27,214 bases of DNA from a virus (lineage: Duplodnaviria; Caudoviricetes): the IMG/VR virus record IMGVR_UViG_3300032293_001397, positions 1-27,214 of that record; one strand, 5' to 3'. The stretch's first letter is position 1. Each line of letters begins with the position of its first letter. Below are positions 18,501 to 25,893 of this stretch, piece after piece. The notes under the pieces were generated by a model. It was not told where the DNA came from and did no database searches. It saw nothing but the letters and a program-made list of their open reading frames with translations. The position numbers and the translations under genes are program-made.

Positions 18501-18828
18501 TTTCTTGCAGGGCATTTATGTTTTCTAAACCCTTTTTATTTTTAGCCAAGAGAATAATATGGTTATATGCCTGAATAGATTTATCTGTTTTAGACGACCT
18601 ATCAAATCTGTCTGTCGGAGATATGTACGCCTCAACACCTAATATTGGCTTAATTCCTAATTCTTTTGCTGCAATCTGCATTTCACGATGTGAAGAAAGT
18701 GTTCCATGATCTGTGATTGCAATCGCCGTTTGTCCAGCATCTAATGCTGCTTGGCATAGCTCGGCAGGAGAATTAAGGCCATCCATCAATGAGTAGTATG
18801 AATGAACATGCAAATGTGTGAATGACAT
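15559..18828 (-). CDS. dnaE: DNA polymerase III alpha subunit (family C)
   Basis: PHP domain HLHVHS/TDHG, GRGSAAGS, PDIDTDF, HAAG, YSFNRSHA; no intein seen. Confidence 0.97.
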   Translation of the reverse strand: MSFTHLHVHSYYSLMDGLNSPAELCQAALDAGQTAIAITDHGTLSSHREMQIAAKELGIKPILGVEAYISPTDRFDRSSKTDKSIQAYNHIILLAKNKKGLENINALQEIAWNEGFYHKPRIDREVLKEYAEGIIVLSGCLNGLISKSIERQEFSEAKLILKDFKQTFHEDFYVEVQSHNPAEINSKLLELADELGIKAVATGDAHFAKEEDRILEEALLILSTSPKADKDIDFDMSKNMKNMLDRFNYLYPDRRISFQDYNLFIQSRSEIESDFNKSNITRTDIYENTMEIANKVGDYDFNQGLDLLPVPKTDADERLRSLAVKGLEGLQKASDPIYMDRLEEELSVIASKNFASYFLVVGDMINWAKDSGIRVGPGRGSAAGSLVCYALGITDVDPIKYNLLFFRFINPERNDFPDIDTDFEDRRRKEVKDYLKGKFKHVASISTYTYFKDKGVIRDAARVFMVPLQEVNRATKQIDTFEDFLSSSNTKEFRAKYPEVVWLAERLRGRIRSVGVHAAGVVVAKDDLRKYAPVESREDAQDKVSGRIPVVAYDMDTVADIGLIKLDALGLKTLSVISDTLGSIKKRSGKQINLSELTMDDPKVYQMLSEGYTKGVFQAEATPYTNLLMKMGVDKFEDLVASNALVRPGAMNTVGASYIDRKNGREAVDYSHVLMKDFTENTYGVIIYQEQVMQACVYLGGMSWSEADKVRKIIGKKKDAKEFDQFKDKFISGASEHISEKKAAELWHDFEAHAGYSFNRSHAVAYSMLSYYTAWLKTYYPLEFMFSILKNENDKDARTEYLIEAKRLGLRIMLPHVNESDIYFSLQDEGIRFGLAEVKFISDNIANKLMAQRPFKDYADLISKASKKGSGINSRAIDALNAIGGAAFEDNPRSGNEKDNYYEYLGIPTFNLEGIPPRIKAQARPIEDFDDLGSFVMFGMVKNIKRGTGWARVELVDETGTIGLFHHEDTQIESNQMYFILVGDNRIARYINVKDIDPNGSDLFVDYLYRKEYDLEEDEYMVINFTPFKTKAGKMMSHIVFANKDKELIRAIAFPTMYKMTLAKLREGMKCKVVLSKLDDGTLNIKEIK

Positions 18829-18851
18829 TAATTCTCCGCCTTAACTATTCT

Positions 18852-19526
18852 TTACCAGTCTAAGCTGCTGCTAGTTGCAGAGTTAGATTCTTCTTGGCTT
18901 CCGCCTTCTCCCATATAAAAAGCTTCTTGCTCTGCATACGGTACATGACGAACTGCTGTCTTTTCAAGATCAAAGAGTTCTAGTGATGAGAAGTCAAATG
19001 CTGACTCGTCTTTTGCTAATGGAATGATTGTATAGCTTGTATCGGTCTTTGTTCCGTTTCGCTTAATTCTCCACATTAGATTTGTGATTGATCCCATTTC
19101 ACCAGCATACTCAATAAGTGTTGGTGTAATTGTTTTACCACTTGTACCTTGAGAAAGAATTGCAACATATGGCTCTTCTTTTCCATCATCCACCAAAACA
19201 TTGATGTATAGACGTGTCTTTGCCTTCCAACCAGCCTTTGGATCCTTACGATGTTGTTCCTGTGCCCAATCACGGCCTTCTGACTCCATTGAATCTAGAG
19301 CTTTACGACGGTAGTCCTTTGGGTTTGTGTGCTCAAGGGCAATGAATCCGCATCCGAGCTTATCATTATATGTAGGTGAGTCTGGATCAAGCTCTTGGAG
19401 GAAGCGAATCTTAACACTTTCTCCATCTTCAATCTTCAGCCAGCGACCTTTATTTTCATCGCCACCACTATATGTTGGCTTATCTAGTGCCTTATTTAAG
19501 TCTTTTAGACCCTTTACTATACTCAT
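18852..19526 (-). CDS. Single-stranded DNA-binding protein (gp32-like)
   Basis: VKIRFL, IKRNG..TDTSY, acidic tail ending LDW; lies between primase and polymerase. Confidence 0.75.
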   Translation of the reverse strand: MSIVKGLKDLNKALDKPTYSGGDENKGRWLKIEDGESVKIRFLQELDPDSPTYNDKLGCGFIALEHTNPKDYRRKALDSMESEGRDWAQEQHRKDPKAGWKAKTRLYINVLVDDGKEEPYVAILSQGTSGKTITPTLIEYAGEMGSITNLMWRIKRNGTKTDTSYTIIPLAKDESAFDFSSLELFDLEKTAVRHVPYAEQEAFYMGEGGSQEESNSATSSSLDW

Positions 19527-19570
19527 TTATTTCTCCTTATAGTTGATGATATATATTCATCTGTTTAACT

Positions 19571-19579
19571 ATTATATCA
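19571..19579 (-). promoter_or_regulatory. Extended -10 promoter element upstream of the SSB gene
   Basis: TGATATAAT. Confidence 0.6.
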
Positions 19580-20575
19580 TTAATGCCAAGATCTGTATTC
19601 TATGTCTGATACAGCATTTTTAATACAGTGTTTAATCTCTGCATCAGTCATATCACCAGCATCTTTTGCATCGTGTGGGTATATCTTACCATATTCATTG
19701 GATGCCCACAAGATGTCTTTCATTCTTAATTTATTAGATATACTCTTTCCTAATTCTCTACCAGCTAAATCTGCATCTGTCATTATTGTTATTCTATTAA
19801 AATGCCTATTTAATATTTGTTGCTGCTCTGTAGATAAAAATCCTCCTAGTGTAGCAACTACGTTTGGAAAACCTGCCTGATGAACACGAATAGCATCAAA
19901 GCTAGACTCCACAATTATGACATGATCCCCAATCTTTTTGGCACGATGTATATTAAACAATGTTTTGCTTTTGGGGAGATTGCTACTATTTTTAAAAGAC
20001 TTGCCTTCTATAGATCTTCCAACAATTCCTATTGGCATACCATCTGGGCTGTGGACGGGAACGGTAACCATATCCATATTTTCAGAATATCCTAGATCAA
20101 AATAATCCATAGCCTCATGATTTATTCCACGAGAAATAAAATAGTCACAAGCCTTTACATTATTAGTTCTATCTTTAGATAGCTTATCCAGAATATCTTT
20201 ACTAAACTCCTCAAACATGGGCTTGTCTTCCATTGCCTCTGCCAATAGATCGTCAAAATTTTCTAGCGATTCCGTTTCCTTGGTAGATATAAATCGCAGT
20301 GATTCAAAGTCATTCTTCTGCATTGTGCGTTTAACTAGATCCAATAAGGTGCCAGACTCTCCGCATGAAGGGTTAAAGCAGATGAATGCACCTTTTTCAC
20401 GGCTTACGCTAAAACTTGATGTATGTCTATTAGAATGAAATGGGCAGTAGCATAGAAAGTCATTAGATGTCTCTCCAACAATAGTAAGTCCTATTTCTTT
20501 TAGAATTGACTTAATGTGTGCTGGCGAGTACTGCGTGGGATCAACTTCCCTTGTGTTATACCCTCTGATTGCCAT
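19580..20575 (-). CDS. dnaG: DNA primase (CHC2 Zn finger plus Toprim)
   Basis: CPFH...CFNPSC, IVESSFD, DADLAG, KDAGD. Confidence 0.92.
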   Translation of the reverse strand: MAIRGYNTREVDPTQYSPAHIKSILKEIGLTIVGETSNDFLCYCPFHSNRHTSSFSVSREKGAFICFNPSCGESGTLLDLVKRTMQKNDFESLRFISTKETESLENFDDLLAEAMEDKPMFEEFSKDILDKLSKDRTNNVKACDYFISRGINHEAMDYFDLGYSENMDMVTVPVHSPDGMPIGIVGRSIEGKSFKNSSNLPKSKTLFNIHRAKKIGDHVIIVESSFDAIRVHQAGFPNVVATLGGFLSTEQQQILNRHFNRITIMTDADLAGRELGKSISNKLRMKDILWASNEYGKIYPHDAKDAGDMTDAEIKHCIKNAVSDIEYRSWH

Positions 20576-20802
20576 GCCTTCTTCTTTCCTACATATACGC
20601 CATATAGTGTCATTAAAAACACCCAGGTCTCTCCTGTGAATTCTACCGAAAAGTTAGTGTCTATGTCAAGTACTCTCGCATATCCTTTTGACCTCATATC
20701 TTGTGATAATAAAGATTCGTATTGAGCTTTTATTCTTATCATATCTGAATCGTCTTTAAATTCAACCGTAACTTGAAATCTTTTAATTGGTTTATGATTC
20801 AT
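20500..20802 (-). CDS. Hypothetical protein
   Basis: ORF between helicase and primase; start set at MNHKP (AAGGA RBS). Confidence 0.7.
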   Translation of the reverse strand: MNHKPIKRFQVTVEFKDDSDMIRIKAQYESLLSQDMRSKGYARVLDIDTNFSVEFTGETWVFLMTLYGVYVGKKKAWQSEGITQGKLIPRSTRQHTLSQF

Positions 20803-22036
20803 CCTTAGACTTTCTAGGGTCCTCAAAGATTTCTTTAATAATACCTCTATTAATATCCCAGTCTAAATAAACTCCAAAATCATGTCCATGTCTATTCTTT
20901 CTAGAAACAACTTCAATCAAATTAGAGTCTGGATATCTGTGAATAGCCATAGCCATATCAGCATCGTACTCAATAGCCTTTGACCACGCAACCTGACTCA
21001 TCATTGGTGGATTATCTCTATCAGAAATATCATCTCCAGTTGCTGCAGTAATATCAATTACTGGAATATTATTTCTAGTGGCTAAGTTTTTAAACTCACG
21101 AGACAAGTTCATATTACGTTCTGTAGGAGCCTTTGAATTATTATTATCTGTAAACAACTGATGGTAATCAAGAATAACTAGATCTGGCTTATGTTGATCA
21201 ATTTTTGCCTGTACAGCATTAGGTGTTACCTGATTAAATCCCTCATTAGATACAAGAATAAATCCATTCTTATCCTGAAACTTTTTGCTGGACCAAGATC
21301 TAAAGTCATCAATATTGATGTCTCCCTTAGAGAAATCTGATGCCCTAAACAATCCAGAACCCAGCATTGTATAAATTCGATCACGCATATTCTCTGGAGT
21401 CATTTCAAGAGATATGATCATTGGCTTGAATCCTTGTTCCCAGGCCTTGCATGCTAGATAGGATGTAAACCATGTCTTACCTTTACCTGGCCAACCAATT
21501 GCAACAATTAAATGTCCTGGTGCCATTCCAGTTGGATAGGCTAAATCAATTGAGTCAAAGCCCGTTTTGATTCCTGGGGAACCACCCATTTCTGCAGAAC
21601 GAATCTTTAACGCCTCAATGTGCTTAATTGCACTTTCTGCATCAATAACATCTAGGTCACGAATATTACTAGTAAACTTATTTAATGCTGATAGCTCTGA
21701 CTGAAGCTCTGCTAACACACGTGAAGCAGCATCTTCTTTAAGCATTGAGCCACCGCGAATAAGTATTCCCTTAAGTTTATTAGAAAGAAATTCATTCTTT
21801 AGTTTATCTAGATAATATCCAGTCTCCGCACTTGCCTTTGTGTCTGGGTCAAAGTCTTTGAAGCGTTCTTGTAGTACTCCAACTTCTGGAACAGCTTTAA
21901 ACTTATAGTAATAGTTCTTTAAGGCATCCCATATGTCCCTATGTGATGTAAATAGATCATCTACGTTATCTGCAAGGAGTGTGCTGATATCTTTGTTCTT
22001 ACATACAGCTGAAATTAATGTCGCTTCTGTATTCAT
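20792..22036 (-). CDS. dnaB: DnaB-like replicative helicase
   Basis: GWPGKGKT, SLEM, ILDY, IEYDAD, KNRHG. Confidence 0.93.
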   Translation of the reverse strand: MNTEATLISAVCKNKDISTLLADNVDDLFTSHRDIWDALKNYYYKFKAVPEVGVLQERFKDFDPDTKASAETGYYLDKLKNEFLSNKLKGILIRGGSMLKEDAASRVLAELQSELSALNKFTSNIRDLDVIDAESAIKHIEALKIRSAEMGGSPGIKTGFDSIDLAYPTGMAPGHLIVAIGWPGKGKTWFTSYLACKAWEQGFKPMIISLEMTPENMRDRIYTMLGSGLFRASDFSKGDINIDDFRSWSSKKFQDKNGFILVSNEGFNQVTPNAVQAKIDQHKPDLVILDYHQLFTDNNNSKAPTERNMNLSREFKNLATRNNIPVIDITAATGDDISDRDNPPMMSQVAWSKAIEYDADMAMAIHRYPDSNLIEVVSRKNRHGHDFGVYLDWDINRGIIKEIFEDPRKSKDES

Positions 22037-22353
22037 TTGCTTTCTCCTTCCACCATCTTTTTAGTTGCTTCTCTAAGTAACCTTCTACGTTCTACATCTT
22101 GATCTATATCATTTTTAACTTTTTCTATCTTATCAAAGTTTAAATAAAAGAATTGAAGCGGATGACCTTGCTTAGATAAAGTAAAGTAGTAGCTGAGCAA
22201 CTTGTAGGCATCATCAAATCCTACACTATCTATGACGTCCTGCATGGCCCATTTTTCACGGAACTTATTTACCCTGATCTCTTTACCGTACTTCTCTTTA
22301 TATAAATTTTGGTATAAAGTAATAAGAATATAGGGCTGTCTATTATTTGACAC
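22033..22353 (-). CDS. Hypothetical protein
   Basis: 106-aa ORF coupled to dnaB. Confidence 0.7.
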   Translation of the reverse strand: MSNNRQPYILITLYQNLYKEKYGKEIRVNKFREKWAMQDVIDSVGFDDAYKLLSYYFTLSKQGHPLQFFYLNFDKIEKVKNDIDQDVERRRLLREATKKMVEGESK

Positions 22354-22546
22354 TCTTAAGCTCTTCTTCTACTTCACGAGTCTTTTCAATAAGCTTATTC
22401 TCTACAAATGCGTATACTCTCTCTGTGGCAGCATCTACTGTTTCACCCTGCCTAATATCGTCTTCAACTCCGATACCTATTTTGATACTCTCGTAGTTAC
22501 CGAGATTTCGTGTAAACGATAAATCTACTTTAACTCTTGTTGTCAT
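22343..22546 (-). CDS. Hypothetical protein
   Basis: Start set at MTTRVK (TAATG coupling); TRNLGNYES motif. Confidence 0.7.
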   Translation of the reverse strand: MTTRVKVDLSFTRNLGNYESIKIGIGVEDDIRQGETVDAATERVYAFVENKLIEKTREVEEELKSVK

Positions 22547-23028
22547 TACTCCGCCTTCCATACAGGGACATACTTACCATCATTGGTCTTAGTATACAAT
22601 ATAACATTACTTTTGAGAAGGGCCAATAATTCTGCTTTAGATGGCAGATCTTTAGTGTGCCCTGCCTCTAAAATAAATTCGTGTATCTGAACTATATCAG
22701 ATTCGCTAAGCATATACTTAAACCATTTACTCTCTGGATTTCCAATAGGATATACTTTTTGAGGTGACTTTATTTTCCCCACCAAAATGTATTCTTCAAG
22801 GGTTACCTTATGCCTATTTAAAATTCTTCCAGCTTGAACTAGTGTGTAGGCGTTTTCCATACCCTTTGATACTAAACTATAAGAATAAAGAACCCTTTTT
22901 TTATCTGGATAGCACCAAGCAATCAATTCATCTTTTGCCCTAGATGACTTCAGCACCTTGTGTATTTTTCCATTTAAGAAGAAATAGAGAAATCTTTTTT
23001 GTATTCCGACTCTTTTTGATCTAGCCAT
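22546..23028 (-). CDS. Putative HTH DNA-binding protein
   Basis: AYTLVQAGRILNRHKVTLEEYI resembles a MerR/excisionase-type HTH. Confidence 0.55.
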   Translation of the reverse strand: MARSKRVGIQKRFLYFFLNGKIHKVLKSSRAKDELIAWCYPDKKRVLYSYSLVSKGMENAYTLVQAGRILNRHKVTLEEYILVGKIKSPQKVYPIGNPESKWFKYMLSESDIVQIHEFILEAGHTKDLPSKAELLALLKSNVILYTKTNDGKYVPVWKAE

Positions 23029-23159
23029 TTTCCTAATTTACTCGATTCTCTATTAATCATCCAACGCTTTCCGCACATTACACAGTATAATTCTATATGC
23101 AGCTTTTGAGAAAAAACTCTATCTATAAAAACTCTTCCGTTACATTTTCTGCACCACAT
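22974..23159 (-). CDS. Small Zn-ribbon protein
   Basis: CRKC...CVMCG. Confidence 0.7.
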   Translation of the reverse strand: MWCRKCNGRVFIDRVFSQKLHIELYCVMCGKRWMINRESSKLGKWLDQKESEYKKDFSISS

Positions 23160-23959
23160 TATACTTTAAAAACCTTTCCATCTACAACACAAGAATAGTC
23201 TGGGGAAACGTGAATCATCTGAATGTGAGGATAGTCATTTACAATATGAGCAATAGCAAAACCCTTTTGCCAGTCATGATGCTGACTATACTTCATTCCG
23301 TCACTCTTTTCATCACACATGTGACCAATTTCATATCCACGCAATGTTTCTCCTTCTCCATTATTTCGCAACTCATATGTTACCATATGTGAAGCAATTC
23401 TATGAGAGTGTCCACGAATTAGAGATACCTGTAGATCTTCCATATCTTTTCTTACAGCTCCTGTGGCTGATACAGATAATCCATGGTGCACATGGATATC
23501 TCCAAAGCGTCGCTTTGGCAACTCATTATAATAAATATATTCATATCCTAATGAATCTAAACTCCATAAAGATTCTGGTGTTACTTCGCTAATATATTCT
23601 GGAAGTTTTGCGTCTACATAATTAAATACTCTAATGTCATGATTACCTAATGCTGAAAAAAGTTGTGCATCTGGAAGCATGTCTCTAGTCTTTGCGTAGA
23701 AATCTCTAGCACCCTTTGCTTCATGTCGCATCATTGGAACAATTAAGTCTCCGCTTTCAGTTTTATGATAATTTAAAAACTCTGCAGATCTACCTTCAGT
23801 ATATTTACTATAGCATGCCTGATCATCTGTATCGCCTAAGTAATCTACTACATCTGGCTTAAACCATTTCATAACCTTAAACCATAGCTCTATCATCTTA
23901 TCATCTTGATATGGGAACTGCTGATCTGACGATAACATCCATTTTAAATCGTTTGACAT
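23159..23959 (-). CDS. Calcineurin-like metallophosphoesterase
   Basis: SDQQ, LGDxxD, GNHD, HG, GHSH. Confidence 0.88.
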   Translation of the reverse strand: MSNDLKWMLSSDQQFPYQDDKMIELWFKVMKWFKPDVVDYLGDTDDQACYSKYTEGRSAEFLNYHKTESGDLIVPMMRHEAKGARDFYAKTRDMLPDAQLFSALGNHDIRVFNYVDAKLPEYISEVTPESLWSLDSLGYEYIYYNELPKRRFGDIHVHHGLSVSATGAVRKDMEDLQVSLIRGHSHRIASHMVTYELRNNGEGETLRGYEIGHMCDEKSDGMKYSQHHDWQKGFAIAHIVNDYPHIQMIHVSPDYSCVVDGKVFKV

Positions 23960-23976
23960 TCATCTACCTTTATACG

Positions 23977-24001
23977 AAAAAAGTCACGGGATCGTGACTT
24001 T
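23977..24001 (-). terminator. Hairpin with U-tract (intrinsic terminator-like)
   Basis: AAAAGTCACG-ATCC-CGTGACTTTTTT. Confidence 0.6.
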
Positions 24002-24015
24002 GAGGCTACAATATA

Positions 24016-24043
24016 ATTGTAACATATTACATAGTACTGTCAA
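24016..24043 (-). promoter_or_regulatory. Sigma70-type promoter heading the replication block
   Basis: TTGACA-16 bp-TACAAT with TG extension. Confidence 0.65.
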
Positions 24044-24045
24044 TA

Positions 24046-24435
24046 CTATTCTGTTTTCTCTTTTGAAACCAATAAGTAATTAACTCTAAGAGTTCTGCTA
24101 ACTGCTGGAGATATTGAAACTCTTATTTGTGGGTTTTTGTCTGGGTTTACAATAGAAAGAGTTGCTTGTGCTCCTGGATTTAGTGTACCACCAATGCTTG
24201 GAATTATAAATGCATTTGTGAATGTTCCCAGACTTACTTCGTCTGAAAGACCAATACCCTTTTCTACTTTAATATTTTTAAATCCAGAACCAAATCGGGT
24301 TACTTCGCCAGTGTCTGATGTATTCTTCACTGCCGCTTCATACGCTACGATAATGTTAAACTTAAGATCATTTAGCTTATTTGGGTCTAGAGGTTCGCCT
24401 TCATTAAACTCTACCGCTCTTAATTCCTGTGCCAT
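24046..24435 (-). CDS. Hypothetical protein, possibly virion-associated
   Basis: 129-aa ORF at the end of the fibre-containing gene run. Confidence 0.65.
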   Translation of the reverse strand: MAQELRAVEFNEGEPLDPNKLNDLKFNIIVAYEAAVKNTSDTGEVTRFGSGFKNIKVEKGIGLSDEVSLGTFTNAFIIPSIGGTLNPGAQATLSIVNPDKNPQIRVSISPAVSRTLRVNYLLVSKEKTE

Positions 24436-24830
24436 TATAAGTTATCTCCTTGATCATGCATATTTGTTTCCATTTCGCTAACTTCGATAATCATATTTCT
24501 ATCTAAACCATATGCATTAAATACATCTGGACTAATAATATGACGTCTTTTATTTTGTGATATTAAATATATTTTACCATCCGCTATATTCTTTATCAAG
24601 GTGCCGTCTCTAAATCCTAGCTTTCCCGCAATCTTCATTCCAGAAAGAGCTGACTCTTCTGCTAACACTGTAGGAAAAGACCAAGACTTCTCTGCCCTAT
24701 CTGATACTAGCTTAAATAACTTTCCGTCTTTAACCCAATAGCACGCTTTCTTAGTCTTTACTGCAATGCCTGATGGGAAATTAGTCGGTAAGCTTACTAA
24801 TTGAATCTGAGTATTCTTGAAGAGATTCAT
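24435..24830 (-). CDS. Hypothetical protein
   Basis: Start set at MNLFKN (TAAGG RBS). Confidence 0.7.
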   Translation of the reverse strand: MNLFKNTQIQLVSLPTNFPSGIAVKTKKACYWVKDGKLFKLVSDRAEKSWSFPTVLAEESALSGMKIAGKLGFRDGTLIKNIADGKIYLISQNKRRHIISPDVFNAYGLDRNMIIEVSEMETNMHDQGDNL

Positions 24831-24954
24831 TTTTAACCTTATCCATGAGTTGTGTAATATCTGCCCGTAAAATTGCAATCTGAGTTTCATAATTAGAAAC
24901 TAGTTCTCCAATTCTTTGTTGTAGGGCGGTTATTACTAATTCCGCTTTGTCCAT
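24781..24954 (-). CDS. Small coiled-coil protein (57 aa)
   Basis: MDKAELVITALQQRIGELVSNYETQIAILRADITQLMDKVK...; AGGA RBS; not in the ORF track. Confidence 0.75.
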   Translation of the reverse strand: MDKAELVITALQQRIGELVSNYETQIAILRADITQLMDKVKNESLQEYSDSISKLTD

Positions 24955-24955
24955 T

Positions 24956-25177
24956 TTATTCCTGTTCTAAAGTAGTTTTTTCTGTTTCTAGAACACTAAT
25001 CTTATCATCAAGATCGGAAATTTGCAATACTATTTCATTAATAGTTGCTTGATTTGGGCTTGATATAGCATTTAACTCTAACATTGTGATATTTAAATTA
25101 TATTTATTGTAATTTAAACTCTTAATGTGCTGATTTATAATGCCTATTTTTTCTTCATTAGTTAACTCTGTTGTCAT
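24956..25177 (-). CDS. Small coiled-coil protein
   Basis: 73-aa ORF with a strong AAGGAGG RBS. Confidence 0.75.
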   Translation of the reverse strand: MTTELTNEEKIGIINQHIKSLNYNKYNLNITMLELNAISSPNQATINEIVLQISDLDDKISVLETEKTTLEQE

Positions 25178-25194
25178 TTTGATCCTCCTTATTC

Positions 25195-25203
25195 ATTATA
25201 GCA
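25195..25203 (-). promoter_or_regulatory. Extended -10 promoter element
   Basis: TGCTATAAT overlapping the stop codon of the oxygenase gene. Confidence 0.55.
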
Positions 25204-25891
25204 TATCCTTCATTTTATTTAAATCTGTCCAAAATATTGAAACTGTATATCTAGTTCCTTGGGTAACCATTTTTACCCCATGTAGAGTATTTTCATCACC
25301 TCTAAATGTTACCAACATTCCTGGCTCTGGCTTTATTGAGAACCCATTATATTGAGGAAACCAAAGCTCTCCGCCTTCGTAATCATTATTTAAATAGATT
25401 AAAGAAGAAAAATGTTTTGTCTGGAACCTTCCTTCAAATGATTCCAAATATGGCCTTGGTATATTATTTTCTGCTAGCATATCGTAGTCGTGGTGACCGT
25501 CATTTGATATAAAATAATCTAGGTGCGGAGTTTGCTCCCTTCCAACCCTCCATCTATTAACAAGGTACTGCTCTGTTTTTACCTTCACACCAAACTTGTC
25601 CTCGGTAACCAATTTAGTTTTATTCTCAATATCTTTATAAAAATCTCTATCTAGTGGATATCTACCATAAAACTCTTCATGCGTAAAGTTAATGCACATT
25701 CCATCCCATTGTTTAATAGATGGCCATAAAATTTTGTCAACATTTTCTTCTTTTGGGTAGTTAACATTAAAATCTAAACTCCATAACTCTTCTGAAAAAT
25801 TTTTTGTTTCTAAAATTTTATCAATATCTGACTTATTAATAAAATTTTTTACTATTCTAATGTTTGGCTTTTCTAGGTCTATGTATCTCAT
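25196..25891 (-). CDS. 2OG-Fe(II) oxygenase, prolyl 4-hydroxylase-like
   Basis: PHLD, SSLIYLNNDYEGGELWF, LHGV....GTRY; start set at MRYIDL (AGGA RBS), 2 nt after the fibre gene stop. Confidence 0.9.
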   Translation of the reverse strand: MRYIDLEKPNIRIVKNFINKSDIDKILETKNFSEELWSLDFNVNYPKEENVDKILWPSIKQWDGMCINFTHEEFYGRYPLDRDFYKDIENKTKLVTEDKFGVKVKTEQYLVNRWRVGREQTPHLDYFISNDGHHDYDMLAENNIPRPYLESFEGRFQTKHFSSLIYLNNDYEGGELWFPQYNGFSIKPEPGMLVTFRGDENTLHGVKMVTQGTRYTVSIFWTDLNKMKDML

Positions 25892-25893
25892 GT

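Noticed and set aside
5859-22036. Inteins, introns or stop-codon recoding in terL, recA, dnaE and dnaB
   Set aside because: All have normal lengths and uninterrupted frames under the standard code, and no suppressor tRNA is present.
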